The position numbers and the translations under genes were made by a program. Positions 1 through 10,146 of a DNA stretch of 64,000 nt are shown in pieces. Numbering within the stretch: position 1 is the first letter of the stretch; every line of letters starts with the position of its first letter. The notes under the pieces are model-generated. The model did no database searches and was not told the origin of the DNA. It worked only from the letters and a program-made list of their open reading frames with translations. This DNA is from an uncultured virus (IMG/VR IMGVR_UViG_3300025809_000015) (Duplodnaviria; Heunggongvirae; Uroviricota; Caudoviricetes), in the IMG/VR virus record IMGVR_UViG_3300025809_000015. One strand, written 5' to 3'.

Positions 1-290
1 CTACAGCTCCTTGTTCACCCGCAGCTCCTTGTGATCCAGTAGAACCTATTGTGCCACCTTCTCCAGTAGCACCTTGTAAACCTACAGCTCCTTGTTCACC
101 CGCAGCTCCTTGTGATCCAGTAGAACCTATTGCACCACCTTCTCCTGTTGCTCCTTGTAAACCTATAGATCCTTGTGATCCAGTAGAACCAATTGTACCG
201 CCTTCACCAGTTGCTCCTTGTAATCCAATTGCACCTTGTGATCCGCTTGCACCCTGAGCACCAGTAGCACCAGCAGAACCAGAACCACCA
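1..290 (-). repeat. Collagen-encoding tandem repeats (81-nt period visible)
   Basis: ctacagctccttgttcacccgcagctccttgtgatccagtagaacctatt occurs at 1 and at 82. Confidence 0.85.
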
Positions 291-913
291 CCGGTTGTAC
301 CTACATATCTAAATCCTGTTACATATAATTCAAATCCTCCACTATAATTACCGCCGGCGTTTGATGATATTGCACTTACTAAATCATTTGCTAGGAATAA
401 AACTCCCATATCATAATTCCATACCCAACCGACATAACCTGGATTATTATCTTGTTCAGCAGAAGTAAATATTTGATTGAATGTTCCAGCTGCACCATTT
501 GGATCACCACTCCATAATATAATACCATAACCACCTGATCCTGCACCAGATGCTTGTGGGACTGACGGTGGAGCAATCCAATTTTGTTTAACACCGGAAG
601 ATGGTGTATCTAAAGTATTATAAGCTATCCATGTATTATCAGCTCCACTTGTAACTCTACTTAATCGCACTGCACTTGTTGCAGCAGAAAGATCCTCTAT
701 ATTAGTAGGATCGGCAGCCGCATTAGTTACAGCATCAGATAAAACATTTGCAGTAGGAATTAAATTATAATTTGTTAATATTCTAGAAGGTAAGACCTTA
801 GGACTAAAGGCTAGCCTAGCTTCATACCATCTTGATCCTGAGTCAGCATCAATAACACCACCTGCCTGTACCTTAAAGGTTAACTTATTTACTTCTGTAG
901 TACTAAATCCCAT
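1..913 (-). CDS. Collagen-like (G-X-Y) tail fibre/virion protein, 3' end runs off the window (not in ORF track)
   Basis: ATG at 913-911 opens a frame MGFSTTEVNKLTFKVQAGG...FRYVGTTGGGSGSAGATGAQGASGSQGAIGLQGATGEGG... with no stop to base 1; G-X-Y repeats from about 290 down. Confidence 0.8.
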   Translation of the reverse strand, partial: MGFSTTEVNKLTFKVQAGGVIDADSGSRWYEARLAFSPKVLPSRILTNYNLIPTANVLSDAVTNAAADPTNIEDLSAATSAVRLSRVTSGADNTWIAYNTLDTPSSGVKQNWIAPPSVPQASGAGSGGYGIILWSGDPNGAAGTFNQIFTSAEQDNNPGYVGWVWNYDMGVLFLANDLVSAISSNAGGNYSGGFELYVTGFRYVGTTGGGSGSAGATGAQGASGSQGAIGLQGATGEGGTIGSTGSQGSIGLQGATGEGGAIGSTGSQGAAGEQGAVGLQGATGEGGTIGSTGSQGAAGEQGAV

Positions 914-942
914 TTGTCTTTATTCTCTTTTTATATTTATTC

Positions 943-3576
943 TTAACCTTGAACAACAGTTCCGTTAGCATAAATTAATTTTATAATTATTTGGTTAATA
1001 CGAACCGCTGCATTAACAATTTGTAATTCCATATAAAAACCTTCCGTTGCGTTAAATCCTCCAAATGTACCGGAGATTGTATTATTTGGACCAGATACAG
1101 TTGTTCTACATGCAGCTGAAGCTGTATCAACACCGCTAGGTGGATCCAATATTGTAGTAAAAGGTGCCGAACCATGTAATGATAAAGGAACTGCACTATA
1201 ACCAGTATTTCCGCCACCACCTGATTGATTTTCTTTTCTTATGTAAATCTTAATATTTTCATTAACTAAATCTTCATATGCAGATGCACCAACAAAATCA
1301 CCATTAAATTCAAATTCAAAAGATGCAATAGGATCTGTTAAACTTCCTGTTGTATGAAATAACCTATGATAAGTAGAAGTTACTTGATACCCTGCACCAC
1401 TATAGTCAGGATTAGTTCCTGATTTATCTGGTTTATATGAAGCTAATGAACCAGTTAATTGACCATAAGATGGACTATCACCGTTATCTTTAAAGAATTT
1501 ATGTGGTTGAACAACATTACTTCCTACTGTACATGCTTGGCAGAATGGAGAAGAAGAACCTGTTTGGTTTGCTAATCCTGTTGCAGTTAATGTTGCCACT
1601 GGATTAAATGCTGAATAACTACCTGTTCTTTCTAATCTATATTGCTCATCATCAAACCTTTCTCTTAAAGTATTTGAATTCCCTGTTGTAGAATAAGTAT
1701 CAACTAGAATACTAGCTCCAGTAGAGTTTACTGTATTACCAACGTCCCATGGGTCATAAACATTAGCCTGCGCAAATGCATCAGTATTTCTAAATCTATA
1801 GTTAGTATTATTTATAGCCCATGTATCATATATGAAAGCTACATTTTGCACATCAAATTGATTTGTCCATGCTGGCATACTACCATAAGCTAAATTCCAT
1901 GCCTCTAATTGTCTAGTAGGTAAACCATAATCTTGTCCTTGTATTCTAAAATTCCAAACAGCAGCTGTACTTCGACCTTGAGTATTAGCATTAAAATTAT
2001 CAATATCAGTAACATCTAATTCAAATTGTGAATTAAGTATATAATATTCTACTCCACTTAAATGTTTTGTTAATATACTAGTTGGTGTAGTAGATTCTAT
2101 TATAGCTGTAGTACCATTAATATTTGGTGTAGATGGGTCTGTATCAAAAAATACATCGTTAGTTTCACCATTATAAGATGTTGATGAATTTCCGTTTGGT
2201 CCAAAATATGCGTATGTATTACCACCATCAGTTGTAGTATCTGTTGTCATTTGAAAAGAAACATGATAACGCCCACCAGTAAAACCATTTGCAGCAAGAA
2301 TAGTTCCAGCATCTACTGTGATTGTAACACTAGCTTTAAATTTAGTTGGTAAATCGGCTCCGTAATTTGAAACTTGAAGTGTTATACCTGTACCGTTTGT
2401 AAATGTTTGATTTTGATATAATGCATTAGTTGCAGAAGTATCTAAAGTACCACCCGTTAAAATATTAAGACCATCTGCTTGATATACATTAACTATAATT
2501 TTGGCATCACCTGTTGCATCTGCACTAAAACCTGTACATGGATTTAAAGTATTGTATGTGATTCTTCCTGTTGTTACGGGAGTATCATATGTAGCTTTAT
2601 TTGAACCTGCCCACGGAGTATTGCCTCCACTACCAGTTTGGAACGGATTACCTTCAGCTGTTGGAGAACTAATTCTAGGAGAAGTAAAAGATTTATTTCC
2701 ATCCACACTAGCATTATTAGTCCCATCTGTTGTATTAAAGTGAGATAAGAAAGTTGGCGTTGGTATATAAACATTTACTTGGCCAGGAGTTCCACTATCT
2801 TCTGCCAATACATCGGTACCAACAAAGTTCATTGTAGTATATCCAGTTGCACCTACTTGTACGCCTTCATCTTTTACTATAAGACTTCCACCACCTGCAG
2901 AAGAACCTGTTGCACCAGTTAATCCTATAGAACCTTGAGCTCCACTAGCACCTATTTCACCAGCAGCACCTTGTGCACCACTTGCACCTATTTCACCAGC
3001 ACCCGTTGCTCCACTAGCACCTATTTCACCAGCAGAACCTTGAGCTCCACTAGCACCTATTTCACCAGCAGCACCTTGTGCACCACTTGCACCTATTTCA
3101 CCAGCAGAACCTTGAGCTCCAGTTGCACCAGCACCAGTTGCACCAATTCCACCAGCAGCACCCTGTGCACCACTTGCACCAATTCCACCTGCAGCACCTT
3201 GAGCACCAGTTGCACCAATTCCACCGGCTGCACCTTGAGCACCACTTGCACCTATTTCACCAGCAGCACCTTGAGCCCCAGTTGCACCTGGATTACCAGC
3301 ACCACCGCTACCTACAAACTTCCAATTATTAATATTTGTATAACCTGCAACATTTAATAAAATATAAACACCATTATTTGCAGGTGTAGAATCTTCTGCA
3401 ACAGTTACAGTCATACCTACATAAATATAAGTACCACCGTCATTGGCTTCCCATGTTGTAGCTAAAAGTAAATCAGCTTGAGTAGGTACAACAGCTCTTG
3501 CATCAAATGCACCAGCTACTTGCGGTTCAAAATTTGCCGATATTCCTAAAATTCCATTTGTTCTATTTCCTGCCAT
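943..3576 (-). CDS. Collagen-like fibre/virion structural protein (877 aa)
   Basis: About 125-aa G-A-T/G-A-Q/G-E-I triple-helix repeat after an N-terminal FDARAVV...YVGMTVTV module; long T/N/G-rich beta-type C-terminus. Confidence 0.75.
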   Translation of the reverse strand: MAGNRTNGILGISANFEPQVAGAFDARAVVPTQADLLLATTWEANDGGTYIYVGMTVTVAEDSTPANNGVYILLNVAGYTNINNWKFVGSGGAGNPGATGAQGAAGEIGASGAQGAAGGIGATGAQGAAGGIGASGAQGAAGGIGATGAGATGAQGSAGEIGASGAQGAAGEIGASGAQGSAGEIGASGATGAGEIGASGAQGAAGEIGASGAQGSIGLTGATGSSAGGGSLIVKDEGVQVGATGYTTMNFVGTDVLAEDSGTPGQVNVYIPTPTFLSHFNTTDGTNNASVDGNKSFTSPRISSPTAEGNPFQTGSGGNTPWAGSNKATYDTPVTTGRITYNTLNPCTGFSADATGDAKIIVNVYQADGLNILTGGTLDTSATNALYQNQTFTNGTGITLQVSNYGADLPTKFKASVTITVDAGTILAANGFTGGRYHVSFQMTTDTTTDGGNTYAYFGPNGNSSTSYNGETNDVFFDTDPSTPNINGTTAIIESTTPTSILTKHLSGVEYYILNSQFELDVTDIDNFNANTQGRSTAAVWNFRIQGQDYGLPTRQLEAWNLAYGSMPAWTNQFDVQNVAFIYDTWAINNTNYRFRNTDAFAQANVYDPWDVGNTVNSTGASILVDTYSTTGNSNTLRERFDDEQYRLERTGSYSAFNPVATLTATGLANQTGSSSPFCQACTVGSNVVQPHKFFKDNGDSPSYGQLTGSLASYKPDKSGTNPDYSGAGYQVTSTYHRLFHTTGSLTDPIASFEFEFNGDFVGASAYEDLVNENIKIYIRKENQSGGGGNTGYSAVPLSLHGSAPFTTILDPPSGVDTASAACRTTVSGPNNTISGTFGGFNATEGFYMELQIVNAAVRINQIIIKLIYANGTVVQG
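2900..3300 (-). repeat. Collagen G-X-Y coding repeats (GAQGAAGEIGAS units)
   Basis: Repeated gcacctatttcaccagca and gcaccttgagc blocks. Confidence 0.85.
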
Positions 3577-3585
3577 TTTATATTA

Positions 3586-4716
3586 TTATGTTGTAAATCT
3601 TAATTGTCTTGCACCTATAGTAGCACCATTGTGTGTATATCTTGTATAATTAACAGATAGGCCCTGTATAGTTTGTTGAACTGCTGACTGTGTAAATGTT
3701 GATAAATTAATAGTATCCCATGTCTGACTTAATGTATTAAATTGTTGTAAACCTGAAATAGTTGACCATGCATTTGGAATATCTATTTTTTGTTTTGCAC
3801 CACCTCCACCAGATTCAGTAACCATTGATACTTGTACATAAGTAGTCATTGATTGTAAACTTTGCTTAGTCATCGTAGTTAAAGATGAGGTTGTTGCAAA
3901 AGGAGGATAAACTCCAGTTATTGTTCTTGTAATTGCTGAGGTGGTTCCTGCTGGTAAAGGAGAATTAAAATTACCTCCTACACTATCTTTAGGTTGAACA
4001 CCTGCATCGTATGAAACAGACCCAGTCCAACTTTGAGAACCTTGTAATACTGTATATGCCGCAACAGTTTCAGAATCAGATAAACTTGTACTTGTATTAT
4101 TTGATACACCAGTACCTGTATAATTATAAGTATTAGGTAATCCACTTCTCTTGTTACTCGTGGCTGTATATTGTGGATTAATTGATCCTTGATTAAATGT
4201 GGAACTAAAACTTAAAGCAGTAGTTTCATTTATCTCTCTAAATCCTGATTGTGACAATACGAAGGCAGAAGAAGGGTTAGTTAATGTTGGATTTAATGTT
4301 GGATATAACATTCTATTCATCATTTCTTCAAATGTTTGATTTGTAAACGTCGACCCTGCTGCTATATTATCAAAGGGTGAATTTCCAGGGAATGACTGTG
4401 GTGTTGGTGTTGCATTTGTATATGTACTACCTGCACCTGCACTATAAATTGGAATATTTAAAATTCCAGCATTTAATGTTGCTGCACCGCTAGTTCCTGT
4501 TGTTGTTAAGCTAGTTACTACACCAGAACCACCGCCTTGTGCATTAACTGTAATAGTAGTTCCTGATGGAGTTACTACACTATTAAGAGTTATATTTGTA
4601 CCTGCAACTAATGTTGGGTTGTATGTAGCATCAATTAAATCATACAATGTTGTTTGTGTGATTAAATCTCCTGATTCGAATAATAGCTTTAATTGAAACT
4701 TAGGTAATACAGCCAT
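3586..4716 (-). CDS. Virion structural/fibre-associated protein (376 aa)
   Basis: S/T-rich beta composition; N-terminal LKLLFESGDLITQTTLYDLID resembles the LKxxFxxGxxPTQxxFxxLID motif I recall from Bacteroidota phage/eCIS fibres; sits beside fibre genes. Confidence 0.55.
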   Translation of the reverse strand: MAVLPKFQLKLLFESGDLITQTTLYDLIDATYNPTLVAGTNITLNSVVTPSGTTITVNAQGGGSGVVTSLTTTGTSGAATLNAGILNIPIYSAGAGSTYTNATPTPQSFPGNSPFDNIAAGSTFTNQTFEEMMNRMLYPTLNPTLTNPSSAFVLSQSGFREINETTALSFSSTFNQGSINPQYTATSNKRSGLPNTYNYTGTGVSNNTSTSLSDSETVAAYTVLQGSQSWTGSVSYDAGVQPKDSVGGNFNSPLPAGTTSAITRTITGVYPPFATTSSLTTMTKQSLQSMTTYVQVSMVTESGGGGAKQKIDIPNAWSTISGLQQFNTLSQTWDTINLSTFTQSAVQQTIQGLSVNYTRYTHNGATIGARQLRFTT

Positions 4717-4743
4717 AGCAGTTAATAGTCTTTGTTTTATTTA

Positions 4744-5136
4744 TCAACCCTTCATGATATTTAAAAACTTGTCGAATGATACTAGGTGCTTTTTCTTCTT
4801 TTTCTTTTTCTTCTTTTTTATAGGCTCCAATAAATCACCGCTTCCGGTTTGTTGGCTACTAAAAGAATTTGCAGAACCTGGATTTCCAGGAAGTGTAGCA
4901 TTACCCATACTCTGAACATTCATGTTCGGATTAAGGTTTACCGTACCGGACTCGTTTTCTCCTATCTTGTTAGGTATTTCTTTTTCATCAGTTTTAACAA
5001 AATCTTCTAATGTTTTAACTGGTAATTTTGATAACTCTTTAACCTCATCTGAAACATCAGAGGATTTAAGTTCTCCTTTTTTATATTGTAATGCTAATGC
5101 AAAAAATCTTCTTTGCGCTTTTGATTGAGCTGGCAT
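4744..5136 (-). CDS. DUF3008-like small protein with a 10-Lys tract
   Basis: N-terminus MPAQSKAQRRFFALALQYKKGE...LEDFVKT matches the MPAKSKAQQ...KRGE...LEEFAST pattern as recalled; K10 at 4789-4818. Confidence 0.55.
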   Translation of the reverse strand: MPAQSKAQRRFFALALQYKKGELKSSDVSDEVKELSKLPVKTLEDFVKTDEKEIPNKIGENESGTVNLNPNMNVQSMGNATLPGNPGSANSFSSQQTGSGDLLEPIKKKKKKKKKKHLVSFDKFLNIMKG

Positions 5137-6464
5137 TATTTAATATTCTTTTTTAAGTAAGTTGTACAAAAGTTTAATAATTCTTTTCTTGCTGGAGCAA
5201 TGTCACTCTTTTCTGTTGCAGGTCCACTTTTCCATTCTATCCAACCTTCTACTATTTCTTCTAATCCTTCTTCAAGACCACGCATAAGTTCAATATACTC
5301 TTCATTAAGTTTACTTTCATTATAACTAACAATATCAGAATATTCAATTTCATGCTCTCCGCCATCTTTATCTAATGCAAAAATAGTTTTATCTCCCCAC
5401 ATTGAATCATTATCATCATTACCATTGCCAAATGCATAAATGACATACTCTTCACCATTACCTAGTTGAATCATACCATCATCCTTTTTCATTTTTTTCA
5501 TTAATGACTTCTTGTTGAATTTTGCTTCATTAACGCTAAAGTCTGTAAGTGATTTTAAATTTTTCATATCTTTATTTTCTTTTATTGGTTGCATTATATC
5601 TTGTAACGGTTTATAAAACTTATGTATACTTTTTGGAGTCATTTTCTTAAAAGACTTTTCATCATCTATCTTTAAGGCATTCCTAACTTTAGATGCTGAT
5701 ATATTTTCTTCACCTCTTTTTATTTCAAAACCTTTAAAACTCGGATCAACACCTAACTCATCTCTGTATCTTTGTTTATTAATCATAGCACCATAAGATT
5801 TCTTTCTATCAGTGCCGTATCCCCACATCATAGGTTCATATGCCGGTCTTGCTGCTGCAAACATTGTATCAATTGCTCCATTAGGAACTACAAAACTTGC
5901 TTCTAAAAATGGATATTGTTTTTTCATTTTAGCAAACATAGCTTGTTGCATACTCTCATCAAATGGTCTTTTCTCTGGATCAGGCTTTCCACCTCTTACC
6001 ATATAAACTACAACAGGTAAACCATTTTCTTTATACATTTTTTCAAATACTTTAACATGACCTAATGTAAAAGGTTGAAATCTACCAACAAACATATTTA
6101 CTGGCTTTTTACCCTTTTCTTTATGAGGTACATTTAGTGCTTCATTAAGTATAGTAGGTGTAGTTCTATTTTTTACTCTTTGTCCATAAGGAGATAATGC
6201 GTAAGTTACTATACCTTCTTGGTCTTCACTAATATTAAATAGAGTTTTATTTCTACCTAACCATCTTTTATTAGCCTGGAGTTCAGTAAGAATTCTAGAC
6301 ATTTCTTCTTCAGTAATATGGCCGTCTGAAATAGCATCTAGAATTACACTCCTGATTCTAGCATTTGTAGATACATTCTTAGCAGGATATGCTTCTGTAT
6401 ATCTTCTCTTTACTACAATCTTCTTTTCATTTAAGAAATTATTTAAATCATTAATGTTATCCAT
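5136..6464 (-). CDS. HIGH-superfamily (cytidylyltransferase-like) nucleotidyltransferase with extra N- and C-terminal segments
   Basis: FVGRFQPFTLGH (HxGH-type), GTDR and ISASKVR motifs. Confidence 0.8.
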   Translation of the reverse strand: MDNINDLNNFLNEKKIVVKRRYTEAYPAKNVSTNARIRSVILDAISDGHITEEEMSRILTELQANKRWLGRNKTLFNISEDQEGIVTYALSPYGQRVKNRTTPTILNEALNVPHKEKGKKPVNMFVGRFQPFTLGHVKVFEKMYKENGLPVVVYMVRGGKPDPEKRPFDESMQQAMFAKMKKQYPFLEASFVVPNGAIDTMFAAARPAYEPMMWGYGTDRKKSYGAMINKQRYRDELGVDPSFKGFEIKRGEENISASKVRNALKIDDEKSFKKMTPKSIHKFYKPLQDIMQPIKENKDMKNLKSLTDFSVNEAKFNKKSLMKKMKKDDGMIQLGNGEEYVIYAFGNGNDDNDSMWGDKTIFALDKDGGEHEIEYSDIVSYNESKLNEEYIELMRGLEEGLEEIVEGWIEWKSGPATEKSDIAPARKELLNFCTTYLKKNIK

Positions 6465-6475
6465 ACCTTATATAT

Positions 6476-9400
6476 TTACTTTGCCATTTTAAACCTGTTA
6501 GTCTCTGGATCAAAATCTGCATGTTTTAGGTTTGCTGCATAAACTGCATTAGGCCTTGGTATGTTTGTACCATCTGGACCTTTACCTTTTGCAAACTTGA
6601 AACCAGGATTTGGTTGAGGTTTCATTAATGATGCATTTGTTACACCATCAGTTATATGTACACCACCATCTTTCTTTGATGTAGATACATTTATATTACC
6701 ATAAGACTGTTCTTCTAAATCTCCGTTATGAATTTCTGCAACTAAAAGGCATGCTTTACAATGTCCAGTTAATGCATCTTTCATATATGGTGGAAACGGG
6801 CCTCTGCCTTTTTTCTCCCATTCTTTTAGAGTATCATCTGCCCACTGTTCTGGTGATCTGTCACCGTACTTAAGTGGTAATTTATCTTTATCTATAATTC
6901 CATTTTCTACTGCCCAATCTTCTTGTTTATCTAATTCTTCATTACCTTTTTTAATTGTATCAGTTGTAGTAGGCTCAGATAAAGTACCCATGAAATTATT
7001 ATGATTATCTGCTAAAGAATCTAATCTATTTCCAGTTTCCTTATTATAAAATTCTGATTCACCTATTTTATTTTTTAACGCAGATGCAGCACCACCATCT
7101 TTCTTTACAGATATACCACCCATAGTTTCAAGATTAACTGCTAACCCTAATCCTTGCATTGCAACTTTACTTGCATAGTCAGGATCATCAGGATCTAAGT
7201 CAACAGCACCACCTAAACATATAACATCAGCCACAGGGAAATTTTCACCAGCAGGAAGTTCAGTTCGGTAACCTCTTTTGTTCATTGACATATAAGCAAA
7301 AGATTCAGCTAAGTCAGCACTACCTTTTCTTATAGATTCAACATCATCCATTTTTCTTAGTACTTCAATAGTAGCATTATCAAAATCTTCAACAGATTCA
7401 ATACCACTTAATTTTTCAATATCTGCTAAAACTTCTTTTTCTTTAGGTGTAGGGTTATCTCCAATTAAGTCTTTCATTTTATCATGAATTACTTTAGGGT
7501 ATTCCTTTTGTATTTTTTCTGAACGTTCCTTTTGTGGTAAGTCATTTAAACCTGGAACAGTTTCAATCATCTCTACCTCATTTAGCTTTTCCCACTTTCC
7601 TAAATTTTTATTGTGTCTATCAATTGCTCTATTTGTTCTATTAACTAATCTTCCTACCTCTTTATCATTTAAATCAGGATTTTGTTGTTTAAATGCTTCG
7701 GTTAATCTTTCTGTTAATTTTTCTTGGTCTGGTTTTTTGAGTCTTTTAATTTTAGTTGACCCCATTGTAATTTCTTCAATTTCACCACTCTCATTTTTAG
7801 TAACCTTAACTTCTGGTTTATATGTTTTACCGCCAGATATTTTATTAGGATTAATATCTTTTCCAGCAATCTTTGGTTTAATTCCACCGTCAACTGTAGA
7901 TGCTGAAGTAATCTCTAATCCTAAGTCAGTTAATTCCTTTACAGCAGCACCATCCTTATCTGAAAGATCCATAACTTTTTCTCTACCACCTTGCCTGAAT
8001 TCTCCAGGGGTGTTTGATGCAAAATATATTTTTAATTTACCTTTGGAATCACTAAGTCTTGCATACTTACCTACCATTTCAGCTTCATCCTTTGAAAGCT
8101 TTTTCCCATTTAATACTTTTTCAAATCCACCTTCAAACTTTTCTCTATCTTCTGCTGGAGAAAATGCAATTCTATCAAAGTCCTTTTTTATCTCTTCTAC
8201 TCTTTTTGTTGTAAACTTTTTATTTAAAGAATCAGATAAACCTAATTCAGTTTCTTCAGTAGGTTCTTTATCACCAACTATTTCTTTTGCCTTTTTATAT
8301 GCTGGTGTATCTTTATCATAACCAAGTGCAGATGAAACTTTTACTTGTCTTCCTGTTTCTGGATTTTTAAATTTTTGATCTTCAGCATTAGCTTCTATAA
8401 CTACTTTACCTAAATTAATAAATTCATTGTAATTAAGAACTCTTTCTTCTACAACTAATTCTTCTAGATCTTTATGATTAACTTCTTCATCTACTTTATT
8501 ATTTAAGTATTCTCCGAATGTTGTAAATTCTTTAGAAATTTCTTTATTAATACTATCACTTATTTTAGAAACCATTTTATTAAAATCATCAATTACAGAT
8601 GCTGTCATTACTGCACCTATTCTTTTAGGATTTCTTTTCTTCCTTAAAGATCCTAACATTATTTTATATAAGTTCTTTAATGAGTCTGATTTTTGTAAAA
8701 TTTCTTTAGTCCTACTATTTTTAATTAAATCTAAATTTACATCAAACTCAGGACCTTTTGCAAAATCAGCTTTTTGAATATCTAATTTTTTTAAATCAGT
8801 ACCTCTCTTAGTTGTATAATCATTAAATAAGTTGTTTACTAATTCAATGTATCTTTCTTGAGGTGTGTTCATTAGCAATTCACCTGCTCTTAAACCTCTT
8901 TCTTCTATAAAAGCTAAAATATCTAATAAAAGAATTTCATTAATATCAGCAGGAGCTCTTCTTAAATCTACAGGCTCCTTATCTTTCATTAACATCTGAG
9001 TATAAGGATCAATCATTTTAGCTGTAAATGTTTGATTAGTACCTGGTCTGTAAAATTTAAAGATAATAGAATCAATAGGTTTATCTAAATCATTTTGTAA
9101 AGTAGTTTTATCGATAGTAGGATTTAAACAACCGATTAAATATTTTGCAAAAGAACTTGTACCAAATACTTCCATTTGGTCTTCTCTTGGTGTAGAAAGA
9201 AATTCTCTAATCTTTCTTTTTTGTTCTTCTTTTAAATATCCGCTGAATATAGGAATAAGTGGAGTAACTTGAAATGCAGAAGCCCAGTCTCTTAATACTC
9301 TAGGATCTTCAATTACTTTAGCAATTTTACCTTTAGAGTTCTTTACTTGGATATGAGTTAATATTAAATTATTATCAGGAAGATTATCATATTTAATAGC

Positions 9401-9703
9401 TCCTGGTTGATTATGAACAAAGTACTGAAAACAAAATCTCCAATGATCTGGTAAATCTTGTATATGCCCTTCTGTTTGTTTAAGTATGTATTGGATTGCC
9501 GGTTCATAATACATCATTAGTGTTCGGTCCACTATATTGATAGGCATTTTGCTATTGCCTTTAAAAAATTGTATTTGGTCTCCATGCTTCTCAAAAGCAA
9601 AAGACGATCCGGATAGTTTTTCGGTCACTAGCAAATAATCTTTAAATAGATCATTTACGAATTGTTGCCCTACTTCTTTATATATGTTTGTTAACTCTTT
9701 CAT
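6476..9703 (-). CDS. Fusion protein: degenerate RNA-ligase-fold N-terminal domain plus PD-(D/E)xK-like nuclease C-terminal domain (1075 aa)
   Basis: VTEKLSGSSF (motif I-like), FQYF, DSIIFK, AKMID; C-terminal DLAE...LPAGENFPVAD...ISVK. Confidence 0.5.
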   Translation of the reverse strand: MKELTNIYKEVGQQFVNDLFKDYLLVTEKLSGSSFAFEKHGDQIQFFKGNSKMPINIVDRTLMMYYEPAIQYILKQTEGHIQDLPDHWRFCFQYFVHNQPGAIKYDNLPDNNLILTHIQVKNSKGKIAKVIEDPRVLRDWASAFQVTPLIPIFSGYLKEEQKRKIREFLSTPREDQMEVFGTSSFAKYLIGCLNPTIDKTTLQNDLDKPIDSIIFKFYRPGTNQTFTAKMIDPYTQMLMKDKEPVDLRRAPADINEILLLDILAFIEERGLRAGELLMNTPQERYIELVNNLFNDYTTKRGTDLKKLDIQKADFAKGPEFDVNLDLIKNSRTKEILQKSDSLKNLYKIMLGSLRKKRNPKRIGAVMTASVIDDFNKMVSKISDSINKEISKEFTTFGEYLNNKVDEEVNHKDLEELVVEERVLNYNEFINLGKVVIEANAEDQKFKNPETGRQVKVSSALGYDKDTPAYKKAKEIVGDKEPTEETELGLSDSLNKKFTTKRVEEIKKDFDRIAFSPAEDREKFEGGFEKVLNGKKLSKDEAEMVGKYARLSDSKGKLKIYFASNTPGEFRQGGREKVMDLSDKDGAAVKELTDLGLEITSASTVDGGIKPKIAGKDINPNKISGGKTYKPEVKVTKNESGEIEEITMGSTKIKRLKKPDQEKLTERLTEAFKQQNPDLNDKEVGRLVNRTNRAIDRHNKNLGKWEKLNEVEMIETVPGLNDLPQKERSEKIQKEYPKVIHDKMKDLIGDNPTPKEKEVLADIEKLSGIESVEDFDNATIEVLRKMDDVESIRKGSADLAESFAYMSMNKRGYRTELPAGENFPVADVICLGGAVDLDPDDPDYASKVAMQGLGLAVNLETMGGISVKKDGGAASALKNKIGESEFYNKETGNRLDSLADNHNNFMGTLSEPTTTDTIKKGNEELDKQEDWAVENGIIDKDKLPLKYGDRSPEQWADDTLKEWEKKGRGPFPPYMKDALTGHCKACLLVAEIHNGDLEEQSYGNINVSTSKKDGGVHITDGVTNASLMKPQPNPGFKFAKGKGPDGTNIPRPNAVYAANLKHADFDPETNRFKMAK

Positions 9704-9724
9704 TATTAGTTTTTAGTTATACCT

Positions 9725-9753
9725 TTTATATATTAGATTTAAAGAATGTTTAA
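9725..9753 (-). promoter_or_regulatory. Putative bipartite promoter TTAAAC-N17-TATAAA, overlapping an AATATATAA motif
   Basis: Same architecture as motifs at 17665-17695, 18003-18033, 47799-47829 and 56690-56719. Confidence 0.45.
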
Positions 9754-9785
9754 AACAAAAAAGATGAGTCTTTTAACTCACCTTT
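9752..9785 (-). terminator. Rho-independent terminator
   Basis: Minus-strand AAAGGUGAGUU-AAAA-GACUCAUCUUU stem (two G-U pairs) running into UUUGUUUU, downstream of ORF 9826-10146. Confidence 0.7.
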
Positions 9786-9825
9786 AATACACTTATATTA
9801 TTTTCCTATTATTATTACATATTAA

Positions 9826-10146
9826 TTATGATACGTCCATATAATCACCGTGGTCACATACTATACCTTTTTTGGATACTTGTTTACAGATGTTATCTAA
9901 TTCACCGGTATCATAATACATCGGGAAGCTATCTTTAATACCTAATGACTTTAAAAGTTTTTCAGTATCTGCATAACCAATCTTAGATCTTTTATTTACA
10001 TTAGCAGTTTTAGCTACATCATATAAAGATGTTCCATAAAATCTACCTCTATCAGTATAAACAAAATTGATTCCTTTTATGTTAAAAGATTTACCACTAC
10101 GATCTTTGTATCTGGTGGCTTCATTAAGTGGTTTTACATATTTCAT
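9826..10146 (-). CDS. Hypothetical protein (106 aa)
   Basis: Clean ORF with own upstream AT-rich region and downstream terminator; N-terminus MKYVKPLNEA. Confidence 0.65.
   Translation of the reverse strand: MKYVKPLNEATRYKDRSGKSFNIKGINFVYTDRGRFYGTSLYDVAKTANVNKRSKIGYADTEKLLKSLGIKDSFPMYYDTGELDNICKQVSKKGIVCDHGDYMDVS

Noticed and set aside
5136..6464. Assignment as NMNAT/NadR of a known NAD reconstitution pathway
   Set aside because: HIGH fold alone does not give the substrate, and no nicotinamide phosphoribosyltransferase, PRPP-synthetase-like or kinase partner is in the window
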